Positions 41,206-51,577 of a DNA stretch of 64,000 nucleotides are shown here, one piece after another (positions within the stretch are counted from its first letter, which is position 1; the number at the start of each line of letters is the position of its first letter). The translations under genes were made by a program, and so were the position numbers. This DNA is from Acidimicrobiia bacterium (GTDB lineage: Bacteria > Actinomycetota > Acidimicrobiia > Spongiisociales > ZC4RG35), in contig JBOGEX010000057.1 in assembly GCA_050741915.1 (NCBI GenBank), forward strand, positions 4,856 to 68,855, in the 5' to 3' direction. The notes under the pieces are model-generated. The model saw nothing but the letters and a program-made list of their open reading frames with translations, made no database searches and was not told the origin of the DNA.

Positions 41206-42332
41206 CAGCGAGCAGCGGCCGAGTACACCGATGCCAGAAGATCGTTGAAGTTCACCACCGGGGCCAGCACCAGTTCGCCCGCCGACGTGCGCAGATCTCC
41301 CACCCGAACCGAGATGCGATTGACGCCGTCTTGGCCGATTCCTCGATAACGCCAGGCGGTCGCCACCGCGTCACCAAAGGACCAACCCGAGTCGACTTTG
41401 ACGGCACCAGCGACTGCCTCTAGACGCGTGCCAAGCGAGCCGAGCGAGTCGAAGTTGGCGAGGCTGCGAGCTAGTTGGAAGAGGATGTCTTGCTGACGGT
41501 GTTGACGATCGAAGTCGGACCCGGCCACAACCTTCCATTCGCCCTCGATCAGCGACTCGGTGTGACGCGATCTTGCCCAGGCCAGCGTCGTGTAACCGTC
41601 CGCCCAGATGCATCCCCCCGGAAGGTCGAGGCCAGAGCGGGGGTCGCGGGCGGGATAGTCGGTACAGATCGAGGTCCCGCCGAGGGCGTTGACCAGTGAG
41701 GCAAAGCCATCGAAGCTGACCCGGGCTACATGGTCGACGGGGATTCCGGTAAAACCCTCGACCATCAAGGCAATCAGCTCGGTGCCGCTGGCGATACCCT
41801 GGCAGCCGCCCAGGCCGGAATTGATGCGGCTCCAACCGTTGGTGCAGGGATTTTTCACATAGAGATCGCGCGGTATCGATACCAGGATGGGGGCAGCGCC
41901 ATCGGTGGGAGCCAGAGCCAGGATGATGGTGTCAGCTCTAGATCCCGATGCATCGCTTCCCACGCCTAGATAGGCGTCGAACATCTCGTCGGGAAGGGCG
42001 TGGCCAATTGCCGAGCTGTTGCTATAGACCCGGCGGCGAGCGTTCGAGCGGAGCGCCGCCAGCTCCTCGAAGAGATCCGGGGGGATCAGATCCGGCCGAG
42101 ACTGGCGCAGACGGGCCTCGCTCTTCTGGAGTTCGACAACGGCGGCCGCTACGTCCGCCTCCGACCGTTGCCCGAGCGCGAGCGCGGCGCCTGCAGGGTC
42201 GAAGGATTCGGTAGCCACCGCGTCAAAAGTCAGCCAGACCTGGGTGACCAGGAAACTGGCGAGACCAAGAATCATCCCTCCCGCGAGGATGATGCCGCTG
42301 CGAATGGGATGTTCACGAACGTAGCCAGCCAA
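41205..42332 (-). CDS. LCP-family (LytR-CpsA-Psr) cell-envelope protein
   Basis: TM GIILAGGMILGLASFLV, then ADTIILA......SIPRDLYV and GGTSICTDYP. The start is uncertain (TTG 42332 proposed). The stop overlaps the kinase ATG by 1 nt. Confidence 0.78.
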   Translation of the reverse strand: MAGYVREHPIRSGIILAGGMILGLASFLVTQVWLTFDAVATESFDPAGAALALGQRSEADVAAAVVELQKSEARLRQSRPDLIPPDLFEELAALRSNARRRVYSNSSAIGHALPDEMFDAYLGVGSDASGSRADTIILALAPTDGAAPILVSIPRDLYVKNPCTNGWSRINSGLGGCQGIASGTELIALMVEGFTGIPVDHVARVSFDGFASLVNALGGTSICTDYPARDPRSGLDLPGGCIWADGYTTLAWARSRHTESLIEGEWKVVAGSDFDRQHRQQDILFQLARSLANFDSLGSLGTRLEAVAGAVKVDSGWSFGDAVATAWRYRGIGQDGVNRISVRVGDLRTSAGELVLAPVVNFNDLLASVYSAAAR

Positions 42333-42363
42333 AGGCCCAAGCCTCCAGGTGAATTCGAAGATG

Positions 42364-42795
42364 CTACGAGTGAGGGGCGCCGGTCGTCGGCATCGGCGAG
42401 GCCCTGCTGATGTAAACAGTGCCCGTGAAGTGGCCGATGACTTTGCCGTCGGTTCGTCTGATGAGAATGCGATAGGTCGCCAAAGTCCTTCCCCGATGAA
42501 TCTCGGAGGCGGTGGCTGTGAGCTGGTCACCGTTCCGACTGGCGGCTGAGAACACCATGTGCGTGTCAATCGCCGATGCATCCTCAGGATACGAGTTGGC
42601 ATAGAGCGAAAGTGCGCAGTCGGCCAGGCTGAAGACCGCTCCGCCGTGGGTGGCGCCGTGAAAGTTGGTGAGCTGATCGGTCACGGTCATCGCCACCGAT
42701 AGCGAGTCCTCACCGACCTCGACCAAGCGGATGCCGAGCATCTCGGCGTAACCGTCGTTGCGGAGCCGCTCTTCGACCCGCCCCCTGTCGATCAC
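42364..42795 (-). CDS. PaaI-family hotdog-fold thioesterase
   Basis: LGIRLVEVGEDSLSVAMTV...NFHGATHGGAVFSLAD. A GTG start at 42795 makes a GTGA overlap with the upstream stop. Confidence 0.8.
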   Translation of the reverse strand: MIDRGRVEERLRNDGYAEMLGIRLVEVGEDSLSVAMTVTDQLTNFHGATHGGAVFSLADCALSLYANSYPEDASAIDTHMVFSAASRNGDQLTATASEIHRGRTLATYRILIRRTDGKVIGHFTGTVYISRASPMPTTGAPHS

Positions 42796-43469
42796 GGGCT
42801 CGCCAACCAGGCGCGAAAAAGACGGCGCGAGGCCGCGTCGAGCTCGACGTCGGACCGCTCGAGATCGGAAACGAACTCCGCCAGTGAAACGCCTGCCCTC
42901 TCGAGCAGGGTCGATTCCTCGTCGCCCCATCGCTTGGCCTGCTCGAGATCGGCATCGGGATGAAACTGCAGTGCCAAAGCCGAACCCACTCGGAAAGCAT
43001 GTGGATAGCGATCGCTTTCGGCCAGCAGCACTGCATCCGTCGGGAGGTCAAAGGTGTCCTGGTGGAGAGCGAGCACCTGGCGGCCGGCGGCAGACAGCAC
43101 CGGATCGGATTTGCCCTCATCGGTACATCGAAGGCTGACGACTAAAGCTTCAGGAACAGCCGCCGGATAAACCTCCCCGCCCAAAGCTGCGGCCAGCATT
43201 TGGCTCCCGAGACAGATTCCCAGGACCGGCACGTCTCTCTCGACCAGCGCTCGTAGCCACTTCTTCTCGTCGGCAAGCCACGGGTGCTGACCCTCCTCGT
43301 AAGCCCCCATGGCGCCGCCCAGGATCACAACCCGATCGAAGTCCACGTCTGAGGGAATCGGTTCGTTCCGATGGATCAGGTAACGCTCGATCTCAGCTCC
43401 CGCTTGGGCCAAGGCATCGTCGAGCCGGCCCGTGGTCTGGTCGCAATGCATGATCAAACCCACGCGCAT
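42792..43469 (-). CDS. Class I glutamine amidotransferase-like protein
   Basis: VVILGGAM and the nucleophile elbow PVLGICLGSQMLA. Start set at ATG 43469. Confidence 0.78.
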   Translation of the reverse strand: MRVGLIMHCDQTTGRLDDALAQAGAEIERYLIHRNEPIPSDVDFDRVVILGGAMGAYEEGQHPWLADEKKWLRALVERDVPVLGICLGSQMLAAALGGEVYPAAVPEALVVSLRCTDEGKSDPVLSAAGRQVLALHQDTFDLPTDAVLLAESDRYPHAFRVGSALALQFHPDADLEQAKRWGDEESTLLERAGVSLAEFVSDLERSDVELDAASRRLFRAWLASP

Positions 43470-43582
43470 CGTCCGACAGTAACCGCGGGTCGGCCCACCC
43501 GGGTCGTCGCCTGCCTCCCGCCCTTGGCCGGCAAGGACCGGCTCATCCTGGGCACTGTTTTCCGTCGGTACCATCGAAGTCC

Positions 43583-44449
43583 ATGGCGGAGTTGCAGCAG
43601 GTGGGTGCCGGCAAGGTCCGCGATATCTATGCAATCGACGCCGAGCGGCTGCTCATGGTCGCCACTGATCGGATCAGCGCCTACGACGTAGTTTTACCCG
43701 ATCCCATCCCCGACAAGGGGCGGGCGCTGACCGCCCTCTCGCTCTTCTTCTTCGACCTGCTCGAAACCCCCAACCATCTCCTGGGCACCGACCTCCGCGA
43801 CCTGGAAGTGCCCGAGGATTGGGCAGGGCGAGCGATGGTGGTCAAGCGAGCCGATGTCATTCCCATGGAATGTGTTGTGCGGGGTTACCTCTATGGCTCG
43901 TCCTGGCGGGAGTATCGCCACGGCGGTGGGCCGACCACCGAACATCTGCCTCCTGGCCTACGCCTGGCCGACCGGCTCGACGAACCGATCTTCACGCCCG
44001 CCACCAAAGCCGCCTCCGGTCACGACGAGAACCTAGACGAGGCCGGAGCCAGGGACTTGGTCGGTGACGACACGTATGACGAGCTGCGCCGGAGGTCGAT
44101 CGAGATCTATCTGACCGCCGCCGGCCATGCCGCCCACCGCGGGGTGATTCTCGCCGACACCAAGTTCGAATTCGGCACTGCCAACGGAGATTTAGTTCTC
44201 ATCGACGAAGTCCTCACTCCCGACTCATCTCGTTATTGGCCCGCCGATCACTGGGAACCCGGGAGCGACGTTCCCTCCTTCGACAAGCAGTACGTGCGTG
44301 ATTGGCTCGACCAAAGCGGGTGGGACCAAAACCCGCCCGCTCCCTTCTTGCCGGGAGCCGTGATAGAAGGAACCCGGGCGCGCTACATCGAGGCTTACGA
44401 ACGAATCACGGAAAAGTCGTTCAACGATTACCGGCGAGGTTCTGCTTGA
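43583..44449 (+). CDS. purC: Phosphoribosylaminoimidazole-succinocarboxamide synthase
   Basis: GKVRDIY.........TDRISA.D, ADTKFEFG and LTPDSSRYW. Confidence 0.93.
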   Translation: MAELQQVGAGKVRDIYAIDAERLLMVATDRISAYDVVLPDPIPDKGRALTALSLFFFDLLETPNHLLGTDLRDLEVPEDWAGRAMVVKRADVIPMECVVRGYLYGSSWREYRHGGGPTTEHLPPGLRLADRLDEPIFTPATKAASGHDENLDEAGARDLVGDDTYDELRRRSIEIYLTAAGHAAHRGVILADTKFEFGTANGDLVLIDEVLTPDSSRYWPADHWEPGSDVPSFDKQYVRDWLDQSGWDQNPPAPFLPGAVIEGTRARYIEAYERITEKSFNDYRRGSA

Positions 44450-44688
44450 GGGTGAGGGTGGCCATCACCCGGAGACCGGAGATCGCCGATCCCGAGGGGG
44501 CGACGGTGAGGAGAGCGCTTTCTGATCTCGGCTACGAGGAAGTCCGGGCCGTTCGCTTCGATCGTTCGATCGTTCTTGATGTCGAGGGAGATGACGTCGC
44601 TCGAGCCCGAGAACGAGTCGTCGAGATGTGCAATCGGCTCTTGGTCAACCCCGTCTTGGAGGACTACACGGTCGAGGTCGAAACGTGA
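44446..44688 (+). CDS. purS: FGAM synthase subunit PurS
   Basis: About 80 aa with I.DPEG..V..AL..LG...V..VR. Sits between purC and purQ. The start is TTG 44446 (TTGA overlap) or GTG 44452. Confidence 0.85.
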   Translation: MRVRVAITRRPEIADPEGATVRRALSDLGYEEVRAVRFDRSIVLDVEGDDVARARERVVEMCNRLLVNPVLEDYTVEVET

Positions 44689-45329
44689 GCAAAGTCGCGG
44701 TAGTGCTCTTTCCGGGGACCAACTGCGAGCTCGACACGGTGGAGGCGCTCGGCAATCTTGGGGCCGACGCCGAGATTGTTTGGCACACGGAGTCCAACCT
44801 CGCCGGCCATGACGCGGTTGTGCTTCCCGGAGGCTTCGCCCACGGCGACTACTTGCGCACCGGAGCCATCGCTCGGTTTTCACCCGTGATGGACGGCGTC
44901 GCTCGCATGGCGGCCGCGGGGCGGCCGGTGCTCGGCATCTGCAACGGGTTTCAGATTCTATGTGAGGCCGGACTTCTTCCGGGAGGATTCATCGCCAATC
45001 GCGACTTGTCCTTCCTTTGCAAGTGGGTGGAACTCGAGGTCGCCGATCAAGGCTCGATTCTCACTTCGGGCCTGGAACCAGGAACTCGTTTGCGATTGCC
45101 GCTCAACTCCTACGAAGGCAACTACGTAGCGCCCTCGGCTCAAGCTCGGGTGGTGCTGATTTATCGCGACGACCCCAACGGCTCGGACCATTCAGCTGCG
45201 GCAATTGCCAACGACGCGGGCAATGTGGTGGGAGTAATGCCCCATCCCGAACGCGCCTCCGCTGATTGGCTGGGATCAGTCGACGGAAACCTACTGCTCG
45301 GCTCCTTCCTGCAAGCCGCGGCGGCATGA
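44685..45329 (+). CDS. purQ: FGAM synthase glutaminase subunit
   Basis: [35 protein letters not shown] and PHPER. GTGA overlap with the purS stop. Confidence 0.93.
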   Translation: MSKVAVVLFPGTNCELDTVEALGNLGADAEIVWHTESNLAGHDAVVLPGGFAHGDYLRTGAIARFSPVMDGVARMAAAGRPVLGICNGFQILCEAGLLPGGFIANRDLSFLCKWVELEVADQGSILTSGLEPGTRLRLPLNSYEGNYVAPSAQARVVLIYRDDPNGSDHSAAAIANDAGNVVGVMPHPERASADWLGSVDGNLLLGSFLQAAAA

Positions 45330-47554
45330 GGACCGAGGAGGTCGAACTCGAGTCCGAAGAGAGCGAGGTCCTCACCCTGCACAACCGCCTCGGTCTGACT
45401 GACGACGAATTCCGCCAGATTGTCGATCGCCTGGGCCGGGAGCCAAGTCGGGCGGAGCTGGCCATGTATTCGGTGATGTGGTCCGAACATTGCTCATACA
45501 AATCGTCACGGGTCTATCTGAGTCGGTTTCCGACCGAGGCGCCGTGGGTGGTGGTCGGTCCCGGTGAGAACGCCGGAGTGGTCGATGTCGGAGAGGGATG
45601 GCTGGCAGCGCTGCGGATCGAAAGCCACAACCACCCGTCGTTCGTAGAGCCATATCAAGGAGCGGCGACGGGCGTGGGGGGAATCATCCGGGACATCTTC
45701 ACAATGGGAGCGCGTCCCATTGCGCTCTGGGATTCGCTCCGCTTCGGTCCGCTCGACCAGCCGAAAAACCGCTATCTATTCGCTGGAGTGGTGGCCGGGA
45801 TCGCTAGCTATGGCAATGCCGTCGGGGTGCCAACCGTCGGCGGCGAGGTGGCGTTCGCCGAGCATTACTCAGACAATCCGCTCGTCAACGTGATGTGTTT
45901 GGGTTTGATGCGCACCGACGATCTGGTCCTGGCCACATCTGGCCCGCCGGGGACGATGGCCATCCTCCTCGGGGCCCCAACCGGGCGGGACGGGATCGGG
46001 GGGGCTTCGGTTCTCGCCTCAGCTTCCTTCGATGAAAGCTCGCTGGAGAAGCGCCCCGCGGTCCAGGTCGGAGATCCTTTCGAGGAAAAGAAGCTCATCG
46101 AGGCGTGCCTCGAGCTCTACCGGCGCAAGCTCGTCTTGGGTGTCCAGGACTTGGGAGCGGCCGGACTTTCCTGCGCTATCAGCGAGCCGGTGTCCCGCTC
46201 CGGTAATGGAGTGAGGATCGATCTCGACCGAGTTCATACGCGTGAGCCGGACATGTCCGCCCTCGAACTCCTGATGTCCGAGTCGCAGGAACGAATGATG
46301 GCTTTCGTTCACCCCGACAAGGTCGCTGAGGTGATCGAGGTCGCCCGGCGCTGGGAAACCGAAGCCTCGATCCTGGGCGTGGTGACCGATTCACTCAATG
46401 TCGTCGTCTCCTTCGCCGGTGAGGTCGTGGCAGATATCCCGGCCCGGTCCCTCACCACCGAAGCCCCGCGCTACCAGCGACCGTTGGGCGAACCGGGATG
46501 GATGGAGGATCTCTGGTCCAACACCGTCAAGTTCGTTGCCCAGCCGGCCATCGCCACCGGGTTGCTGCAGCTTCTTTCGGAACCCGAGCTCGGATCGAAA
46601 GAGTGGATCTACGAACAGTACGACCACATGCTGTTCTTGAACACGGTGGTGGGACCCGGCCACGACGCCACCCTCTTGCGGTTGAAGGGAACCGAGCGGG
46701 GCCTCGCCCTCACCACCGACGGTAACGGTCGGGTTTGCTACCTCGATCCCCGCCGGGGAGCGGCTCGCCTCGTGTGGGAGGCCGCTCTCAACGTCGCAGT
46801 GGTGGGAGCCGAGCCATTGGCCGTGGTCGACAACCTCAACTTCGGTAACCCTGAAAAGCCCGAAGTCATGTGGCAGTTTCGGGAGACCGTCGAAGGGATC
46901 ACCGAAGCCTGTGAGGCCTTGGGGGTGCCGGTGGTGGGAGGGAACGTCTCGTTCTACAACGAGACCGACGGCCTCGACATTTATCCGTCGCCCGTAGTCG
47001 GGATGCTGGGTCTGGTGGAGGACCTTCGACTCCCGCCCTCGCGCCTCGACCGGGCAGGTGCGGGGATGGGGATCTATCTCGTCGGCAACGAATGGGCGCC
47101 GAACCTGGCCGGATCGGCGTTCGAAAAGGTCACCTTCGGTCACGTGGGGGGGCGACCAACGGGACCTGATCGCGCCATGGGTAACGCCACGGTGACGGCC
47201 GCCCGGAGAATGGCGCAGGCCGGTGTACCCGTTCTCCACGACATCTCGATGGGTGGGCTGGCGATGGCAATCGCCGAGATCTGCATCGCCTCTAGGGTTG
47301 GAGCCACCGTTACCTACAGCGACTGGCGCTTTCTGTTCAGCGAGGACCCTCATCGCTTTCTCGCCGTCGTTCCTGCCTCCCAGGATGATCTGATCAGAAA
47401 GACTGGCAGTGAGCTCGGAGTTCCCTTCACCCGGATCGGGAGCACGGGCGGTGATGCCATCGTCTTCGATCGCGGGGGAGTGCGGGCTGCGGTCGATCTT
47501 GCCGTGGCCTCCGCAGCGTGGCGAAAAGCATTACCCGAGCATCTACGAACCTAA
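45326..47554 (+). CDS. purL: FGAM synthase subunit PurL
   Basis: [33 protein letters not shown] and typical size. ATGA overlap with the purQ stop. Confidence 0.93.
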   Translation: MRTEEVELESEESEVLTLHNRLGLTDDEFRQIVDRLGREPSRAELAMYSVMWSEHCSYKSSRVYLSRFPTEAPWVVVGPGENAGVVDVGEGWLAALRIESHNHPSFVEPYQGAATGVGGIIRDIFTMGARPIALWDSLRFGPLDQPKNRYLFAGVVAGIASYGNAVGVPTVGGEVAFAEHYSDNPLVNVMCLGLMRTDDLVLATSGPPGTMAILLGAPTGRDGIGGASVLASASFDESSLEKRPAVQVGDPFEEKKLIEACLELYRRKLVLGVQDLGAAGLSCAISEPVSRSGNGVRIDLDRVHTREPDMSALELLMSESQERMMAFVHPDKVAEVIEVARRWETEASILGVVTDSLNVVVSFAGEVVADIPARSLTTEAPRYQRPLGEPGWMEDLWSNTVKFVAQPAIATGLLQLLSEPELGSKEWIYEQYDHMLFLNTVVGPGHDATLLRLKGTERGLALTTDGNGRVCYLDPRRGAARLVWEAALNVAVVGAEPLAVVDNLNFGNPEKPEVMWQFRETVEGITEACEALGVPVVGGNVSFYNETDGLDIYPSPVVGMLGLVEDLRLPPSRLDRAGAGMGIYLVGNEWAPNLAGSAFEKVTFGHVGGRPTGPDRAMGNATVTAARRMAQAGVPVLHDISMGGLAMAIAEICIASRVGATVTYSDWRFLFSEDPHRFLAVVPASQDDLIRKTGSELGVPFTRIGSTGGDAIVFDRGGVRAAVDLAVASAAWRKALPEHLRT

Positions 47555-47591
47555 GGCCTGTGAACGACCGTTCTTCGCCCCTGCGCCGGCT

Positions 47592-49328
47592 TTGGCAATA
47601 CTCGGGGCCCATCGACGAAAAGTGGTTTGGGCCACATCGTTCTCGGTGCTCAACAAGCTGGCGGACGTTCTTCCCGAACTGGTGATCGGGGCTGCCGTCG
47701 ATGTGGTCGTGCGAGGCGCCGACTCTTTCGTGGGACGGGCGTTCGGCATCTCCAGTCGCTTCGATCAATTGCTCCTACTGGCTTCGGTCAACTTCATCAT
47801 CTGGTTGGTCGAGTCGATCACCGAGTACATCGCCAACCTGGGATGGCGCAACCTGGCCCAGACAATCGAGCACGAAGCGCGTATGGATGCCTATCGCCAC
47901 GTTCAGGAACTCGAGATCGCCTGGTTCGAGGACCGCTCCACTGGCGGTCTGCTTTCGATCCTCAACGACGACGTCAATCAGTTGGAGCGATTCCTTGATG
48001 TCGGCGCTTCCGATTTCATCCGTACCTTCGTCAACGTCGTATTCGTGGGGGTAGTTTTCTTCACCGCCTCGCCGATGGTGGGGCTGGTCGCTTTCCTTCC
48101 GATCCCGCTGATCGTCTGGGGCTCGATCGTTTATCAAAAGCGCCTGTCGCCCCGTTACCAGCATGTCCGCGAGAGCGCTGGAGACCTGGGCGCTCTCCTC
48201 GCCAACAACCTGGCTGGAATCGCCACCATTCGCGCTTTCTCGGCCGAGGAACGCGAGTCCGATCGGGTCGAAGGCATGTCGGATCGCTACCGGCTGGCCA
48301 ATCGGGATGCGATCAAGCTGTCGTCGGCATTCGTTCCCATCATCCGCCTCGCCATCCTCACGGGCTTCACGCTGACCCTCATCCTCGGTGGGCGCGCCAC
48401 CTTGGCGGGAGCCATGGAGGTGGGCGTATTCTCGGTTCTGGTCTACATGACCCAGCGTTTGTTGTGGCCGCTAACCCGGCTAGGGGAGACATTCGACCTC
48501 TATCAGCGGGCAATGGCCTCGACCCGGCGCATCCTCGATCTGCTGGCGGTCTCGCCGACCATCATACCCGGCTCGGCTCGCCTGCCACACCCGGTACAGG
48601 GTCAGGTTTCCTTCGAGTCGGTCGACTTCGCCTACTCCGATGGACGACTGGTCCTCTCCGACCTCAGTCTTTCGGTGCCTGCGGGCGAGACCCATGCCAT
48701 CGTTGGCGCTACCGGCGCCGGCAAGTCGACCTTGGTCAGGCTCTTCCTCCGTCTCTACGACCCGTCGGCGGGACGGATCACTTTCGATGGCACCGACCTG
48801 CGGGACCTCTCCTTCGCCTCGCTGCGACATTCGATCGGGTACGTGGGCCAGGACGTCTTCTTATTCCAGGGGACGGTGCGGGAGAACCTGACCTACGGCC
48901 GACCCGATGCGACCGAGGCCGAGATCGAAGAAGCCGCCGCTCTGGCCGAGGCGACCGAGTTCATCAAGGAGCTGCCCGTCGGGTACGAGACGGTGGTCGG
49001 CGAACGGGGACAGAAGCTGTCCGGTGGTCAGCGCCAGCGACTTTCAATTGCCCGGGCAATCCTGCGCGATCCGCCCGTCTTGGTGCTCGACGAGGCCACG
49101 TCTTCGGTAGATAACGAGACCGAGGCGGCGATCCAGCACTCGCTCGATATCGTTGGCAAGGACCGCACGGTCATCGTGATTGCCCATCGCTTGTCGACCG
49201 TCCGATACGCCGATCGGATTCACGTCCTCGAGGACGGACGTCTGACGGAAGCCGGCACCCACGACGAGTTGGTCGGAGGCGGTGGCCTCTACGCTGCCTT
49301 GTGGAGAGTGCAAACGGGAGTCCGATAA
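47592..49328 (+). CDS. ABC exporter, fused permease/ATPase (MsbA/MdlB-like)
   Basis: Six-TM N-terminal half, Walker A GATGAGKST, signature LSGGQRQRL, Walker B VLVLDEATS. The start is uncertain (TTG 47592 proposed). Confidence 0.88.
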   Translation: MAILGAHRRKVVWATSFSVLNKLADVLPELVIGAAVDVVVRGADSFVGRAFGISSRFDQLLLLASVNFIIWLVESITEYIANLGWRNLAQTIEHEARMDAYRHVQELEIAWFEDRSTGGLLSILNDDVNQLERFLDVGASDFIRTFVNVVFVGVVFFTASPMVGLVAFLPIPLIVWGSIVYQKRLSPRYQHVRESAGDLGALLANNLAGIATIRAFSAEERESDRVEGMSDRYRLANRDAIKLSSAFVPIIRLAILTGFTLTLILGGRATLAGAMEVGVFSVLVYMTQRLLWPLTRLGETFDLYQRAMASTRRILDLLAVSPTIIPGSARLPHPVQGQVSFESVDFAYSDGRLVLSDLSLSVPAGETHAIVGATGAGKSTLVRLFLRLYDPSAGRITFDGTDLRDLSFASLRHSIGYVGQDVFLFQGTVRENLTYGRPDATEAEIEEAAALAEATEFIKELPVGYETVVGERGQKLSGGQRQRLSIARAILRDPPVLVLDEATSSVDNETEAAIQHSLDIVGKDRTVIVIAHRLSTVRYADRIHVLEDGRLTEAGTHDELVGGGGLYAALWRVQTGVR

Positions 49329-49361
49329 CGCTGGGCCCGGTCCCGTTCCCCACCAACCGGC

Positions 49362-49790
49362 CTAGCCGAGGGGGTGCCTCCACCGCAGGCCCCGGAATCG
49401 AGCGAAATCACGATCGGTGGTCATCCATTCAGATCCCGACTCAATCGCCAGTGCCGCCAAATACGCATCGGAAATGAGGTTTCCTTTTGCTCCCGCAGTC
49501 GCGCAAAGGTCGGTAAATATGCGCCAGTGCCTTGGTCCGGGGGCGATCAGAACGCCATTGGGCCTGCCGCGAAGACCGTCCAGTTGCGAGATCACCTCTC
49601 CAAGCGGCGTCGGGGGGTCAAAAATCCTGGGATGAGTCAGGACGCGGACAACTCCACTTAGCACGAGCTCTGACAATCCAAAGGCCTCTGAAGAGTTGGC
49701 CACCCCCGTTAGCCACCCGAGGAATTCAGCATGCCGAGGCGCATCCGCACGGAGGGCATACACAAGGACGTTGACATCCGGAAGGATCAA
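49362..49790 (-). CDS. vapC: PIN-domain ribonuclease toxin VapC
   Basis: MILPDVNVLVYA and the C-terminal ...ISDAYLAALAIE.G....T.DRDF.RF. 4-nt overlap with the upstream antitoxin gene. Confidence 0.88.
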   Translation of the reverse strand: MILPDVNVLVYALRADAPRHAEFLGWLTGVANSSEAFGLSELVLSGVVRVLTHPRIFDPPTPLGEVISQLDGLRGRPNGVLIAPGPRHWRIFTDLCATAGAKGNLISDAYLAALAIESGSEWMTTDRDFARFRGLRWRHPLG

Positions 49791-50041
49791 TCCTCCTCCA
49801 TGAGGTCCAACAAGGCCACGCTGTCATCGAGGTCAACCCCCGGCTGCAAACCATTGCCGTCGAAAGGCGTGATCCGAAACGTTTGGCTATCGACCTCAGC
49901 TGCATCCCGTCGCGCTAGCTCTGCGCGCAGTGCGTCCTCAATGACGCTGGTAAGCGTGTGGCCGCGTCGAACAGCCTCGGCCTTGACTCGCCGCAATAGA
50001 TCGTCGTCGAAGTTGATAGTGGTTCTAATACAGCAAAGCAT
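49787..50041 (-). CDS. vapB: Type II antitoxin VapB (ribbon-helix-helix type)
   Basis: RTTINFDDDLLRRVK at the N-terminus, 84 aa, directly upstream of and overlapping vapC. Confidence 0.82.
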   Translation of the reverse strand: MLCCIRTTINFDDDLLRRVKAEAVRRGHTLTSVIEDALRAELARRDAAEVDSQTFRITPFDGNGLQPGVDLDDSVALLDLMEED

Positions 50042-50122
50042 ATCGCATGCTCATCTTGCTGCCTTAGCATCCCTGGACCCTTGTGGCGCGAGGCGTCGAG
50101 AAGTGGCGAATACCATGACCAA

Positions 50123-51577
50123 ATGAACCAAGAATCGGGAGAGGCCTGCGGGGTTTTCGGGGTGTACGCCCCCGGCCAAGGTGCGTCCGATCTCTGTTAT
50201 TACGGCCTCTTCGCCCTTCAACACCGGGGCCAAGAGTCGGCCGGGATAGCCACCTCCGACGGGCGAACGGTGACTATTTATAAGGATCTCGGATTAGTGG
50301 CGCAGGTCTTCTCAGACACAAACCTGGCCGGCCTCGAGGGTCATATCGGGATCGGCCACACCCGCTACTCGACCACCGGATCGAATCGTTGGGAGAACTC
50401 ACAGCCCGCCCACCATCAGGTGGGAATGACCTCGATTGCTCTCGCCCATAACGGCAACCTCACCAACACGGCTGCCCTCAGCGAACGGCATCCACTGGCA
50501 CCTGGGCAAGGCAGCTCCGACTCGGCGGTGATGGTGGCGGCGATTGCGGCCGCGACGGATGACGATCGCAGTGATGGGCGCGGTCTGGAGATGGCGCTGA
50601 CGGAGACCCTTCCAACCTTCGAAGGGGCCTTCTCGTTGGTCTTGATGGATCAGGGCCGGCTCTTCGGCGTGCGCGATCCCTACGGTTTCCGACCCCTCTG
50701 CCTGGGGCGTCTGCCCGAGACAGTCACTGGCCAAGCGGGGTGGGTGCTGGCGTCGGAAACTGCCGCCCTCGACATCGTGGGCGCTTCGTTTGTCCGGGAG
50801 GTGGCTCCCGGAGAAGTGGTGATCATCGATGCCAGCGGAATGCGATCGAGCTTTCCGTTTCCACGCACCCAACCCCAGCTATGCGTCTTCGAGTTCGTGT
50901 ACTTCGCCCGACCAGATTCCCAGCTGGGGGGAAGGAACGTCTATTCCTCCCGCTACGAGATGGGGCGGCGGCTGGCGTCCGAGCACCCTCTGGAAGCCGA
51001 TGTCGTCGTCCCCGTCCCCGAATCGGGTATACCGGCCGCGCAGGGCTTTGCAGCCGTATCCGGTATTGCCTATGCCGACGGTCTGGTCAAGAACCGTTAT
51101 GTCGGCCGCACTTTCATCGAGCCCAACCAACTGCTCCGCGACCGGGGGGTGAAGCTGAAGCTCAACCCGATCGTCGACACCCTCGTCGGAAAGCGAGTTG
51201 TTCTCATCGACGATTCGATCGTCCGGGGGTCGACCACTCGCCAGCTTGTCTCCCTGGTCCGGGAGACGGGTGCGAAGGAGGTCCACCTTCGCATATCTTC
51301 TCCTCCCTATAGGTGGCCCTGCTTCTACGGAATGGACACCTCGGATCGCAACTCGTTGATCGCCGCTCGGATGGAACCGGAAGAGATTCGCCGGCATGTC
51401 GGGGCCGACTCCTTGGGCTACCTATCACTCGACGGTTTACTGGCGGCAACCGGTGCTGACCCTCGGGGGTTCTGCCACGCCTGCCTTTCAGGTGAATATC
51501 CAACGGATGTCGAGGGCGCTCAGGGAAAGTTCTGGTTGGAGGAAATGGGCACCGAAGACCTGGTCCGCCATCCTTGA
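50123..51577 (+). CDS. purF: Amidophosphoribosyltransferase
   Basis: N-terminal ...EACGVFGV, LQHRGQESAGI, the PRPP loop VVLIDDSIVRGST, and a Cys cluster near the C-terminus. Confidence 0.94.
   Translation: MNQESGEACGVFGVYAPGQGASDLCYYGLFALQHRGQESAGIATSDGRTVTIYKDLGLVAQVFSDTNLAGLEGHIGIGHTRYSTTGSNRWENSQPAHHQVGMTSIALAHNGNLTNTAALSERHPLAPGQGSSDSAVMVAAIAAATDDDRSDGRGLEMALTETLPTFEGAFSLVLMDQGRLFGVRDPYGFRPLCLGRLPETVTGQAGWVLASETAALDIVGASFVREVAPGEVVIIDASGMRSSFPFPRTQPQLCVFEFVYFARPDSQLGGRNVYSSRYEMGRRLASEHPLEADVVVPVPESGIPAAQGFAAVSGIAYADGLVKNRYVGRTFIEPNQLLRDRGVKLKLNPIVDTLVGKRVVLIDDSIVRGSTTRQLVSLVRETGAKEVHLRISSPPYRWPCFYGMDTSDRNSLIAARMEPEEIRRHVGADSLGYLSLDGLLAATGADPRGFCHACLSGEYPTDVEGAQGKFWLEEMGTEDLVRHP

Noticed and set aside
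43470-43582. A possible ZTP (pfl) or purine riboswitch upstream of purC. The spacer contains CCTGGGCA followed by a T-rich stretch.
   Set aside because: The conserved 5' subdomain (GACTGGCG ... GGTGGA ... CCACCGGG) and the CCGCCTGGGCA context are absent. Only an 8-nt partial match remains. An Rfam scan would settle it.
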